A stretch of 64,000 nt of DNA from Promethearchaeota archaeon Loki_b32. Its GTDB lineage: Archaea; Asgardarchaeota; Lokiarchaeia; Sigyniarchaeales; SOKP01. The notes below the pieces were generated by a model that made no database searches, had not been told where the DNA came from, and saw only the letters and a list, made by a program, of their open reading frames with translations. Positions 50,738 through 61,562 of the stretch are shown here, piece by piece (the stretch's first letter is position 1; each line of letters starts with the position of its first letter). Position numbers and translations under genes: made by a program. The stretch covers positions 96,001 through 160,000 of the forward strand of contig NJBH01000004.1 in NCBI GenBank assembly GCA_005223125.1, read 5' to 3'.

Positions 50738-52072
50738 ATGAGATTTAATAAAAATTATTAACGGGGTTTATTTTTACTATTTTTACTTCTTTTAATTTTC
50801 TCGGGCATTTCAATAATAAAAAATGTTCCTACAACTGATTCATTTGATGATAACGACATTTCAACAAGCCAACCCGATGATCCATATGAACCCAATGATG
50901 ATTTCGGATCCGCTAGGGATATAAATTCTGAGAACCTAAAATGGTTGAAATTAATTCAGGAAGATGAAGATTGGTTCAAATTTGATGTATTCCCTAATTT
51001 TGACCGTCTAATAGTTAACGTTCTTTTTTCAAATATGGAAGGTGATATAGATATTGAGCTTTATGATCAGTTTTATACCTACATAACTGGTAGTTATTCA
51101 ATCGAAGATGGTGAATTTCTTGACTATATTGTATCTCCTGGATCTTATCATCTTCGCATTTACGGTCCAAACTGGAGACAACCTTATGAATTGTTATGGG
51201 ATGCCATTAACAGTAGCATAGTTTATGATGACAATTATGAACCAAATAATAGTGATACAGAGGCAGATCTTAATGCCGATCTTTCTTTCAATAAAAGAGA
51301 TTGGTTGAGTGAAATAAATGGACTTGGAATTCAAAGCAATTCCGATTATTTTAAGATTGATGTAGATACTACTTATAGAAGACTATTTGTAGAAGTGATT
51401 TTCTGTAATTCTTTTGGAAATATTGATGTAGATATTTACAACAGCAGCCTTAATTGGATTACGGGGAGTTACTCGTTTAATCATAATGAATTTATCAATT
51501 TTGAACTACCCTCTTCCGGCATTTACTTTATTAAAATCTGGGGAGATAATACGGGGATAGAATATGATCTTTGGTGGGATGATCTCCGAACAGATACTAG
51601 AGACGATGATAGTTATGAAGAAAATGACGACCCATTGTCTGCGTATGATATTTCATCTCATCAATACCAGGATCTATGGCGGATTAATGGAACAGCTATA
51701 CAAAGGGATAATGATTGGTACAAAATATTTATAACATCTGGATTTGAACATCTTTTTGTATTTGTTACTTATGATTATCAGGAAGGGCCAATTGGTATTG
51801 AAATTTATGATGGGGATTTATCAAAAGTTACAGAAAATTTCACAAATGAGGATAACGAACTGATTAACTACGATCTTCCATCAAATGGAACATATTATAT
51901 TCGAATTCATGGTTATCATTCGGGAAACATTTATAGTCTAAGGTGGGAAACTTGGGAGCCTCATATAGAAGATATGATACCGGGTTATGATGTAGTTATC
52001 ATACTCGGAGCTATATTTGGTGTTGCTGCTTTATTAACTTTAAAGTGGAAACGAAGTAAAAAACATCTTTAA
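50738..52072 (+). pseudogene. PPC-domain repeat surface protein with Loki-CTERM-like anchor; in-frame TAA at codon 8
   Basis: ATG at 50738 gives MRFNKNY*RGLFLLFLLLLIF, a signal peptide in frame with ORF 50945..52072. Three DDxYEPN/DxDWF-type repeats; ends IPGY + TM + basic tail. Confidence 0.75.
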
Positions 52073-52238
52073 AAATTTTTTTTAATTTTTTTTTTCCTTA
52101 TATTTTTAAAGTAGATTAAAAGAAGTTTCTAATTTCTTGCATTCAAGAAAATTATTCTTAATTATTTCAATTTTAAAAGCTTTGTTTTATTTAAACTATT
52201 TAGCGTCATAAAGAGAAATATTATAATCTGATGGAATT

Positions 52239-52445
52239 ATGATTGAATGTATTCAAGAAGACAGAAAAAGTAGCTGTACTTGTACATACGACTGTCACAG
52301 AAGAGGTAAATGTTGTGAATGTTTAGAATATCATCTTTCAATGAATCAATTACCTGGACGTGTATTTGCAAAGATTTCTAAAAATGCTGAGAGAACTTAT
52401 AACAGAGATTTTGAATATTTCGCTAAATTAGTTTTAAGAAAGTAA
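52239..52445 (+). CDS. Small Cys-rich protein (DUF6485-like)
   Basis: CTCTYDCHRRGKCCECLEYH...LPG...ERTYNR. Confidence 0.75.
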   Translation: MIECIQEDRKSSCTCTYDCHRRGKCCECLEYHLSMNQLPGRVFAKISKNAERTYNRDFEYFAKLVLRK

Positions 52446-52476
52446 ATTAAGAAAGTTTAACTCAAATTGACTAGAA

Positions 52477-53763
52477 ATGATTGAATTTATTAATGTTTTT
52501 AAAGAAAAGGCAATTGACTATATTCAATTTCAATTTACGACAATTTTAGGCGAGTTTAAAAGCGTTGAGTTCCCTGTGAAAATTTGGGATGATTTAAAAG
52601 AGGGAACTGGAATTGATGGATCTAGCTTAGGATTTCTTATGACAGAACAAAGTGATATGCGAATTGTTCCAGATTACAATACTTTTGCAGTCTTTCCTTG
52701 GAATCCTAGGATTGGTCGTTTTATTTGTGATTTAACCGATAATAATGGTATTCCTTATCCTACATGCCCTCGAGGGATATTGAAAAAGATTATTTCAAAA
52801 GCCAAGGCCCTTGGTTATGGATTCCAAACAAGACCAGAACTGGAATGGTATTTCATTACGAAAGATTTCAAACCTAGTGATAAAGCAATGTATATGGATA
52901 ACCTACCTAATGATAAACGCCAAGATCTTCGCCGACAAATTACAGATGATATGATGGATATGAATATTGGGGTCAAGACTATACACCATGAGGTTGGTTA
53001 TGGACAACAAGAAGTCGAATTCACAGCAGATAATGCACTACAACAAGCAGATAATGTACAAACCGGTAAACTTATTACCAAAGTCAGAGCTTTTTATAAA
53101 GATATAATAAGTACGTATATGCCAAAACCTTTTGAGCAGATGGCGGGAAATGGTTTGCATATCCATCAATACCTTAACAAAAACGGCGAAAATGCATTTT
53201 CAGATAAAGAAAAGGGTATTAGTGATATCCTTAGATATTATATTGGAGGAATTCAGCATAATATAAATCCCATTTCAGCTATTTTAAATCCAACTACTAA
53301 TTCGTACAAACGTTTAACTCCTCATCATGAAGCACCTGTATATGTTTCATGGGGTGTAGGAAATAGAACTGCGCTAATACGTGTACCAGGCTATGAAAAT
53401 TCAGCTCGTATCGAATATAGAGCGGGTGATGCAATGATGAATATTTATTTAGGAAGTGCAATATTACTAGCAGCGGGTCTAGATGGCATAAAAAACAATA
53501 TCGAGCCTAACCAACCTACAACTAAGAATGTTGATTTACTAACTGATGATAAAAGAAAAGAATTAAAAATTGAAAAATTACCTGAAAATTTGGAGGAATC
53601 ACTAAAAGCTTTTGAAAAAAGTAATTTCATTAAAAAGACTTTAGGGAAAGAATTGATGAAAATCTATTTGAATTTCAAATATACTGAACTTCAGGAGTTT
53701 GAAATTGCAAAATCAAATGGAAATGAAAAAGATTGGGAATATAACAAGTATCTTTTCATGTAA
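52477..53763 (+). CDS. glnA: Glutamine synthetase type I family
   Basis: IDGSS, PELEWY, HHEVG.GQQE, MPKP, GNGLHIHQ, NSYKRL, NRTALIRVP, RIEYR. Confidence 0.9.
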   Translation: MIEFINVFKEKAIDYIQFQFTTILGEFKSVEFPVKIWDDLKEGTGIDGSSLGFLMTEQSDMRIVPDYNTFAVFPWNPRIGRFICDLTDNNGIPYPTCPRGILKKIISKAKALGYGFQTRPELEWYFITKDFKPSDKAMYMDNLPNDKRQDLRRQITDDMMDMNIGVKTIHHEVGYGQQEVEFTADNALQQADNVQTGKLITKVRAFYKDIISTYMPKPFEQMAGNGLHIHQYLNKNGENAFSDKEKGISDILRYYIGGIQHNINPISAILNPTTNSYKRLTPHHEAPVYVSWGVGNRTALIRVPGYENSARIEYRAGDAMMNIYLGSAILLAAGLDGIKNNIEPNQPTTKNVDLLTDDKRKELKIEKLPENLEESLKAFEKSNFIKKTLGKELMKIYLNFKYTELQEFEIAKSNGNEKDWEYNKYLFM

Positions 53764-53925
53764 AAAAGGAATTTTGAAAAATTAGTACTAGTAATTATTT
53801 AAATGATTTTTTCTGCCCGAATTTTTTTATATGCTAATTTTCTATAATGTCATAATAATCCAATTAACTAAAAAAACTATTAAAAGTAATTAAAAAAAAA
53901 AAAAAAAATTAATGGAGGGATTGAA

Positions 53926-54687
53926 ATTTCAGATCTTTCGATGATTTTAGGTATTTTTATTGGAGTAGTGCTCATTATTATTGCCATCTGGTTATTGACA
54001 GGGCTTAAAACTGCAACGGAATACAAACGTTTGGTAATTTTTCGTTTTGGAAGATATAAAAGAACTATTGGCCCTGGGATAATATTTGTGTTCCCATTTA
54101 TTGAAAAATCAATAGAGGTTGATATACGTATAAAGACGCTTGATATTGCGAAACAAGACATTATATCTAGAGATAATATCCCAGTTACTGCTGACACAAG
54201 CGTATTTTATAAAGTAATTAACCCACAATACGCTATAACTAAGATCGAAAACCCTACGAGAGCTGTATTTAATTATACCCAAGGTGCGTTAAGAGATGTT
54301 ATTGGTGGAATGGAGTTAGATGAAGTTTTAACTCAAAGAGAAAAGATTTCACAAGAGATACGCGCTGTAGTAGATGAAGAAACAAGAGAATGGGGAATTG
54401 AGATTACCCAAATCAAGATTCAACAAATCGAATTACCAGAAAATATGAAAAGAGCAATGGCAGTACAAGCTGAAAAGGAACGTGAAAAAAGAGCGACAAT
54501 AATTGCTTCCGAGGGAGAACTTGAGGCGGCAAAAAATATAGCAAAAGCTGCAGAATTATTATCTCAAAGCCCAGTTGCTATTCAGTTAAGGTCTTTACAA
54601 ACAATTCAAGATATTTCTCATGAACCATCTCAAAAAATAGTTATATTTATGCCGTCTGATATCGGAAATATACTAAAAAAATTATAA
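53926..54687 (+). CDS. SPFH/band-7 (stomatin-like) protein
   Basis: N-terminal TM, RFGRY...GPG, ALRDVIG.MELDEVL..RE, AMAVQAEKERE. Start may be ATT 53926 (GGAGG 7 nt upstream) or ATG 53941. Confidence 0.92.
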   Translation: MSDLSMILGIFIGVVLIIIAIWLLTGLKTATEYKRLVIFRFGRYKRTIGPGIIFVFPFIEKSIEVDIRIKTLDIAKQDIISRDNIPVTADTSVFYKVINPQYAITKIENPTRAVFNYTQGALRDVIGGMELDEVLTQREKISQEIRAVVDEETREWGIEITQIKIQQIELPENMKRAMAVQAEKEREKRATIIASEGELEAAKNIAKAAELLSQSPVAIQLRSLQTIQDISHEPSQKIVIFMPSDIGNILKKL

Positions 54688-54780
54688 ATATAGAGAGAAT
54701 CGTCTAAATGAGCAATTAAAATTATAATTATTTATTTTTTTTTATTTTCACTTATTTTAGAATAATTGAGGGATAGATGA

Positions 54781-55656
54781 ATGAAAACAATTGCTAAGAA
54801 TTTGATGATTGGGTTTATTAAAGAATCTCAATCAAGAACTCGATATGAAATGTATGCAGAAATTGCAAAAAAAGAGAAATATACATTAATTTCTACCACT
54901 TTTAAAGAGTTGGCTAATCATGAAAAAGAAAATGCAAATTGGTTATATACAATGTTACAACAATTGAAAAAAGATGAGTTCTTTGAAGATATAATTGTAG
55001 AAATCAAATGTGCAACTACTTATGGAATAACAAAGGATAATTTAGAATCTTCTATTAAAGTTGAAGATGAAAAATGGCTCGAGTTATATCCAAATTTCGC
55101 TAATACAGCAGAAGTGGAAGGTTATTTAGAAATTGCAAAAAAAATAAGGAAAATTTCACAACTTAAAAGAAATAATTCTCAGAGATTAAAGATGTTTTTA
55201 AATTTAATTGTAAGTGATACTTATTTTAAAAAAAAAGCAATTATCTTTTGGAAATGCATGGCATGCGGATATGAAGTGGCTATTGATGATTTAGCTAATG
55301 ATTTTAGTTGTCCTTCATGTGGACATTTAAAATCATATTTCCAAAAAAAAACACTACAATTAATACCGGAAGAAAAGTCCTTAGAACAAAAAGCAAACAC
55401 TGGTTGGGTTTGCATGGAATGTGGATATGAAGTTAACCTACCAGAATTACCAGATGATTGGGAATGCTTTTCTTGCGGTCGTTCTAAAGCTTATTTTAAA
55501 AAAAAAGTTTTAAAACAAACAACATATAAAATTTCAACTATACAAACAGAAAAAGCACATTGGAAATGTTTGGAATGTGGAAATGAAGAAGAAATAGAAC
55601 TACCCGCAGGATGGAAATGTAGAAAATGTGGATATCCTGAAGATTTAAAATTATAG
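54781..55656 (+). CDS. Rubrerythrin-like protein with degenerate di-iron site and three rubredoxin-like domains
   Basis: ESQSRTRY, LYPNFA..AE.EGY. Three W.C..CG...C..CG modules. Confidence 0.85.
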   Translation: MKTIAKNLMIGFIKESQSRTRYEMYAEIAKKEKYTLISTTFKELANHEKENANWLYTMLQQLKKDEFFEDIIVEIKCATTYGITKDNLESSIKVEDEKWLELYPNFANTAEVEGYLEIAKKIRKISQLKRNNSQRLKMFLNLIVSDTYFKKKAIIFWKCMACGYEVAIDDLANDFSCPSCGHLKSYFQKKTLQLIPEEKSLEQKANTGWVCMECGYEVNLPELPDDWECFSCGRSKAYFKKKVLKQTTYKISTIQTEKAHWKCLECGNEEEIELPAGWKCRKCGYPEDLKL

Positions 55657-55678
55657 ATAAATCCTATTAGTAAAGAAT

Positions 55679-56542
55679 TTACTTTGAAAACCTTAATTGT
55701 ACGATTTTTGAAGTATTTAAACGCCTCATTAACTTTATCATTTTTTTTGTTCGATTATTCCAGGTTGGATTGATTTCCGTCCTCGTCCATAATGGAAACC
55801 AATCAACCACTTCGATCTTTTCGGACCAAAGAGGAAATAAATTCTCTGGATTCTTTACACTAAAATATACAGATTCCCCTTTACCGGCTTTTTTAGCTAG
55901 TTGATTAAATTTCCTTAAAGCGAGCTTAGAAATCGCATCAAAAATGATTTCAGCACCAGGAAATTTTAACATTATATTATTAAACAATTCTTTAAGATCC
56001 TCTTGTTTAAAGTAATATACAAATCCTCCAGCAATAAAGAAAATTCCATTTTTTCTAGACCATTCAATGTCATCAAACCAACTAAAATCAAGTACTGATT
56101 TACTAATACATTTATTCCTAGGACCCTCTGGGATAAGTTGATTGCGAAATTCAATCGCATTAGATAAATCTAAATCATACCACTTTATTTTGCCATTATC
56201 AACTCGAAAAAATGTAGTGTCTAGTCCAGCACCGAGATTGACTACGGTAGTGTAAGGATAATTTTCCATATATTTTAATAAAGCATTCTCAAACTTTTTA
56301 GCTCTTACTAAAAGTCCGAATAAACGAAATTCGTTCTTTCCAGTCAGGAATTCTTTAGCTTCTAAGAAGTTATGATCGACTTTTTCAATGATTTCAATTG
56401 CTTTCTCATCATTTAATAACTCTGGATATAATTTACTATAAGTAGCCCGTGCCCATAATGGTCCAAGCATCGTTTCTTGGATAGATCCTTTAGAAATAAA
56501 ATTTTCACTTGTTATTTTTGATTCTTTAGCCAATTTAAACAA
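55679..56542 (-). CDS. Class I SAM-dependent methyltransferase (LCM/TcmP-like)
   Basis: QETMLGPLWARA, VVNLGAGLDTTF.R, WYDLDL. Confidence 0.88.
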   Translation of the reverse strand: MFKLAKESKITSENFISKGSIQETMLGPLWARATYSKLYPELLNDEKAIEIIEKVDHNFLEAKEFLTGKNEFRLFGLLVRAKKFENALLKYMENYPYTTVVNLGAGLDTTFFRVDNGKIKWYDLDLSNAIEFRNQLIPEGPRNKCISKSVLDFSWFDDIEWSRKNGIFFIAGGFVYYFKQEDLKELFNNIMLKFPGAEIIFDAISKLALRKFNQLAKKAGKGESVYFSVKNPENLFPLWSEKIEVVDWFPLWTRTEINPTWNNRTKKMIKLMRRLNTSKIVQLRFSK

Positions 56543-56611
56543 TTTGAAATTTATAATTTTACCTATAAATACTAAATATGTTCAAATATTTAAAACAAAA
56601 TTATAAAAAAG

Positions 56612-56944
56612 AAGACGCTTGAGATTTATACCCGCCCTTTTGTGCTAGAACTCGTCGCCAAGTTCAGCTGGAGCATCAAACTAAGCGGCCTACCTAAAGC
56701 TAGCTCCAAGTACATTAACGCTTTCATTTGGCCTTGCACCAAGGTATTAGCTCGTTCCAACCATTCCTTCCTACAATTTCTCTGGCTTATATCCAAGTCA
56801 TTAATATGTGTACGAAGGCAGTGTCGTTTCAGTTGCTAAATTACGGTTCTCACCGTAGTAGTTATCTACACCTTGCTTGGAGGGTGGGGCGAGGTTCCTC
56901 AGCGAGTCAAGCTCACCGTCAGCTCACCAATCTCACTCGTCTCT
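56612..56944 (-). ncRNA. rnpB: Archaeal RNase P RNA
   Basis: GC-rich island. The minus strand has GAGGAACCTCGCCC (CR-I), GCAACTGAAAC, TGCAAGG, GCTTAG...GATG and ACAAAAGGGCGGGTAT (CR-V). CGCCC/GGGCG can form P4, and terminal GAGACG..TGAGATT / AATCTCA..CGTCTT can form P1. Confidence 0.92.
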
Positions 56945-57018
56945 TTTTAAAAAAGTAAAATAACTATTTAAGTTTTTGTTCAAAATGAGAGATTTTATTA
57001 AAAAGTATAATAGAAATT

Positions 57019-57819
57019 TTATTTCTTTTCAATGTTAGATAAGGCATAAGATATTATATCACAATACTTTTGAAATCCTAATTTTCTGTATACTTTTTCG
57101 CCCAATGATGATGCTTCAAGCACCCCAATATAATATCCCATGCCACAAGCATCAATTAAAGCTGTTCTACTTATAGAGAGTCCAAATCCTTTAGCTCTAT
57201 ATTCAGGTAATGTTGATACAGCATGAAGTCCAGCTACTCCAGAAGAAAGATATAACATTAGTGTAGAGACCGATTTTCCTTCGAATCTACCTAAATAAAA
57301 GTAAACTTCGTCTTGTAAGTATAAAAATTTAAGAAGATCATAATCTACCCTTAAACCGAAGGCTTTTGAGACGACTTCAGACCATTGTGTTAACTTTTCT
57401 TCGCTATCTACTCTTTCAACGATTAAATCACTATTATCTATTGTTTTATCTATTACTTCTTTTAGCTCAACTGACATTCCAGCTTGTTGATAAACGTTAG
57501 AAAAACCACATTTCTCAAGAGTTTTACCCAAATTTTTAGGTCTTGTTAATGGTCCTACGGTCCACCCGTTAGGTGCTTTCCCCTCTTGAATTAACTTTTT
57601 AACCTCAATTATCTGTTTTTTAACATCTAAATTTTCGAAATTTGCTCTAAATATACCATCTGGCCAATCTGCTTTCTTGGCGAAAACCCAACTTATTTTA
57701 TCTTCTATTCGAGAATCGAAATTAGAATGTTTTGAAGATTTAGAATAAAAATCATCTAAGTTTTTTTCTATATACTGATTAATTGATTCTGGAGAAATTT
57801 CTTTTAAAATTTCTTTCAT
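57019..57819 (-). CDS. GNAT family acetyltransferase
   Basis: VSTLPEYRAKGFG, LEASSLGEKVYRKLGF. Confidence 0.9.
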   Translation of the reverse strand: MKEILKEISPESINQYIEKNLDDFYSKSSKHSNFDSRIEDKISWVFAKKADWPDGIFRANFENLDVKKQIIEVKKLIQEGKAPNGWTVGPLTRPKNLGKTLEKCGFSNVYQQAGMSVELKEVIDKTIDNSDLIVERVDSEEKLTQWSEVVSKAFGLRVDYDLLKFLYLQDEVYFYLGRFEGKSVSTLMLYLSSGVAGLHAVSTLPEYRAKGFGLSISRTALIDACGMGYYIGVLEASSLGEKVYRKLGFQKYCDIISYALSNIEKK

Positions 57820-57850
57820 TTTTTCTTAAGAGTTAAAAACTATACTATTT

Positions 57851-58858
57851 TTATAAATGAAATTCCGTTCCTACTACCCCCATTACATGAGAGGAATGAC
57901 GATGCATAATTCTATTAAACTCAAAACCTATGCAATGCATACTACACGTTATTTCTGGGTTTAAATCTTCTATAAAGGAAACTACCTCTTCAATATTTTC
58001 ACTAGACTCCCGTTCCTTATGAAATCCACCAATAAGGGCATATATTTTATTTATTCCTGTTAATTTTTGATCATGTTTTACTATATTTATGATGCCCGTA
58101 TGACTGCATCCTGTAATTACAACTAATCCTTTATCTTTAATATTAATATATACTACAATCTCTTCTCTATATGTATGTTTTTCATATTCTGTTTTACTTG
58201 TTCCTAAATATAATCCCTTTGGAAGCTCAGTTTCATTAAATATTTCAATCTCACCACTCGTAATTATACCATTATATAATTTTTCGGGTTTTTTTGTTTC
58301 AATAATTTTTACATTGTTTTCAATTGCTCGATTGTAGACTATATTTCTATTAAGAGGGACTCTTCTTTAATATTGGATTTTCCCTTGTTTTTTTAATTTC
58401 TTCAATGAAGTACCAAAATCCTCAGAAGAAATTTCATTTCCTGATTCAGTTCTGGCGTAATAACCTTTTTTTAGACATAATGGGCTTAAATATATCTCAC
58501 TTCCTTCTTTCATTTCAGAAATAATTGGTATTAAAGCCCCATAGTGATCTAAATGTCCATGACTTATAACTAACTTTTCAATTTCATTCAATTTTATTTT
58601 AAATTGTTTAAAATTATTGATTACAGTCTGCATAAAGCCCGCGGTGTCAAATAAAATGATATGAGATGATTCTCCTTCAAATATTTTAATAGTCATTGCA
58701 ATTCCATGTTCACCAAGTGTCGCGAAAGAATCATGCCCTGGGTGTCTTACTTTCCCTTGTAATTTCTCGTTACTTGGCAAAGTCATACTTGTTCTATTAG
58801 ACGCTATTACTTTTACAATCAGTTCTCCACTTTCTATACTTCCAATATTCATTTTCAA
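57851..58858 (-). pseudogene. MBL-fold metallo-hydrolase interrupted by in-frame TAA (58367-58369)
   Basis: EHG, ILFDT, SHGHLDHYG before the stop. The same frame resumes with GLVVITGCSH.G, LIGGFH and MHC to a stop at 57851. Confidence 0.85.
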
Positions 58859-59000
58859 TTTATTTTGATTCTTTGATTTTAATAGTTATGTTAATCCTCT
58901 TTAATTAATAAATTATTGATTCAAAATTTAGTAATTAAATATAAATACTCTTAAAACCAACTCCTTAAATAATATATGCTAAAATTAGGAGATTTTTTGA

Positions 59001-60374
59001 ATGGATAAGAATAAGATTTTAAGAAATTTAGAAAAAATTGTGGGCAAAGATTTTGTTTCAAATAAACCCGAAGATTTATACATCTACTCTCAGGATCCGG
59101 GAGCTTCACTATCTCGCCCGACTGATTTTGTCATAATGCCTAAAACTGTTGAAGAGTTACAAAATATCGTTAAATTGGCAAATGCAGAAAAAATTCCATT
59201 AGTTCCAATGGGTGGTGGATTGACACTTAGTGGACTAGTGATTCCCGTAAAAGGTGGCATTGTAGTTGATATGAAAAGAATGAATAAAATCATAGAAATT
59301 AATGAATATAGTAAATATGCCCTTATTGAAGCAGGAGTTACTACAGGACAGTTATTGTCATATCTAAATGAAAGTTATCCGAATTTACAACCTCCAGTAC
59401 CAGATGCTCCCCCCTCAGCTACAGTGGCTGGAAATGTACTAATTCATGGCTCAGGATATTTATCTCAAAAGTATGGTGATCATGGAGCCATGATAAATGG
59501 TTTAGAAGTTGTATTACCAAATGGAGATATCTGTAAACTCGGTTCTTGTTCAATATCCCCGTTTTGGTTTGCTCGAGGTCCTATTCCAGATTTAATTGGG
59601 TTATTTATTAGTTCTTTTGGTACTATGGGAATTATTTCAAAAGTTTCAATTCAATTATTTGATAAGCCTAAATTTAGGGAAGTTGTCTTTGGATTATTGA
59701 AAGATCCTAAAGATATCCCTAACATTCTCTTAAAAATTACTGAAACTGGATTAGCGGAAGATGTTATACTTGGAATGCAGGATAAACCGGATTGGATGAA
59801 GGGTTATGTATTTGTAATAGCTTATGTAACAGGTGAATCTCAAGAGGAAATTGATTCTCATATTAAAACTTTTAAACGAGTATATCGTAAAGCTAATGCC
59901 AGGTACATGAAAACTCCCGACAGGATTAGAAATGTATATTTAGAGAAGCCTATTTTTGCGGCAGCCGCGGCAGATTATAGAAAAGGTGGAGGTTTTGAAT
60001 ATGTAGGGGCAAATATGCCGTTAGAAAAAATTCCTGAAGCTTATAAAAGAGGTGCGGAAATCTCAAAAAAATATAGAATCGTACCAACATTAGGGTCAAG
60101 ATTAATTGGGGGAACTCATAATATTGTAATGTTTTTCTCTTATTCATTTAATCGAGCTGATACGAAAGATATGGAAAACGCCAGAAATGCTTTACATGAA
60201 ACTAATAAATTAGCGTTAGAATTAGGAGGGATTCCATGGAAAGCAGAATTAGCAGGACAGCAACTAATCCTTGAGAAAATGGATCCTAATTATAAAAAAT
60301 TATTTAATTCAATCAGAAACACTCTTGATCCAAATAGAATAATGAACCCAGGAAATTGGGAGGTGAATCAATAA
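59001..60374 (+). CDS. FAD-binding oxidoreductase (GlcD/D-lactate dehydrogenase-like)
   Basis: P.T.EE, GGGLTLSG, EAGVT, GLEVVLPNG, GTMGII, LDPNRIMNPG. Confidence 0.9.
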   Translation: MDKNKILRNLEKIVGKDFVSNKPEDLYIYSQDPGASLSRPTDFVIMPKTVEELQNIVKLANAEKIPLVPMGGGLTLSGLVIPVKGGIVVDMKRMNKIIEINEYSKYALIEAGVTTGQLLSYLNESYPNLQPPVPDAPPSATVAGNVLIHGSGYLSQKYGDHGAMINGLEVVLPNGDICKLGSCSISPFWFARGPIPDLIGLFISSFGTMGIISKVSIQLFDKPKFREVVFGLLKDPKDIPNILLKITETGLAEDVILGMQDKPDWMKGYVFVIAYVTGESQEEIDSHIKTFKRVYRKANARYMKTPDRIRNVYLEKPIFAAAAADYRKGGGFEYVGANMPLEKIPEAYKRGAEISKKYRIVPTLGSRLIGGTHNIVMFFSYSFNRADTKDMENARNALHETNKLALELGGIPWKAELAGQQLILEKMDPNYKKLFNSIRNTLDPNRIMNPGNWEVNQ

Positions 60375-61543
60375 TTACTTTAAGTGAAAAACAGGATTGG
60401 AGAGATATTGTTCATAGATGTTTTCGTTGTGGTTATTGCAAATTCACTCTTGAATATTCTGATTTTAATTGCCCAAGTTATAAAAAATATCAATTTGAAA
60501 CTTATAGTACAGGTGGAAGATTGTGGCTTATTTACGGTATTATAAGTGGAGAAATTCAATGGAATGAAGGTATAGCAAACGTTATCTATGCATGCCCAAC
60601 ATGTGGTAATTGTACTGAAAATTGTAGATTTGAAAAATTTAACGATTTTCTTGTTGATATAATTGAAGTAGCCCGAGCTGAAGCTGTTAAAAATGGGTTT
60701 TGTCCTGAAAAACAGAAAGCATTATTAAAACGTACTGAAAATACTGAATATTATAATCCATATGGAGAAAAAAATTCAGATAATACAGAGTTAAAAAAGA
60801 AGTACAACTTACCAGGTAAAGCAGAATGGGTTTATTTTATAGGATGTACGTCTAATTATCGTCAGCAAAATTTAAGGGATGCAACATTAAGGTTTCTGAA
60901 AAAAGCAAAAATTGATTTTACATTGATTGATGAACATTGTTGTTGTAGCCCTATAATAAGAACGGGTCAAATTAAACCTGTAAACGATTTTATAAATTAT
61001 AACGTAGCCCAAATTAAAAATGCAGGAGCAACTAAAATTATTACTTCATGTGCTGGATGTTATCGTACTATAAAGAAAGACTGGTTAAAGTTTGGAGCTG
61101 ATTATGATTTTGAAGTATTCCATACTGTAGAATTAGTAAAACAGCTTTTAGATGAAGATCGATTAAAAATTAAATCTGAATATAAAAATACAGTAACTTA
61201 CCATGATCCTTGCCACTTAGGACGCCATGTGGGTATGTATGAGATCCCAAGAGAAGTGCATAATAAAATTCCTGGAATTAAATTAGTAGAGATGCGAAGA
61301 AATAGAGAAAATGCGTGGTGTTGTGGTGCTGGTGGAGGTGTAAAGATTGGTTATCCAGAGTGGTCAGTAGAAGTCTCACAAGAAAGATTGATAGAAGCAA
61401 AAGAGACAGGAGCCTCTGTAATATCTTCAATATGTCCATTCTGTAGAACGAACTTGTCAGATGCAAATGAAAAGTATAATATGGGTTTTGAAGTAATAGA
61501 TCTTATAGAGTTCTTAGATCAATTAGATATTGAAATCAATTAA
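60356..61543 (+). CDS. Fe-S oxidoreductase with two CCG domains (GlcF/HdrD-like)
   Basis: CFRCGYC, CPTCGNC...C, CCCS, CAGC, YHDPCHLGR, CCGAGGG, CPFC. True start may be ATA 60371 or ATT 60374, after GGAGGTGA. Confidence 0.9.
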   Translation: MGGESIITLSEKQDWRDIVHRCFRCGYCKFTLEYSDFNCPSYKKYQFETYSTGGRLWLIYGIISGEIQWNEGIANVIYACPTCGNCTENCRFEKFNDFLVDIIEVARAEAVKNGFCPEKQKALLKRTENTEYYNPYGEKNSDNTELKKKYNLPGKAEWVYFIGCTSNYRQQNLRDATLRFLKKAKIDFTLIDEHCCCSPIIRTGQIKPVNDFINYNVAQIKNAGATKIITSCAGCYRTIKKDWLKFGADYDFEVFHTVELVKQLLDEDRLKIKSEYKNTVTYHDPCHLGRHVGMYEIPREVHNKIPGIKLVEMRRNRENAWCCGAGGGVKIGYPEWSVEVSQERLIEAKETGASVISSICPFCRTNLSDANEKYNMGFEVIDLIEFLDQLDIEIN

Positions 61544-61562
61544 AAAAAAGAAATTTAAATTT

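Noticed and set aside
56642-56958. ORFs 56642..56839 and 56728..56958 on the + strand
   Set aside because: They are antisense to the RNase P RNA gene and stay open only because of the local high GC.
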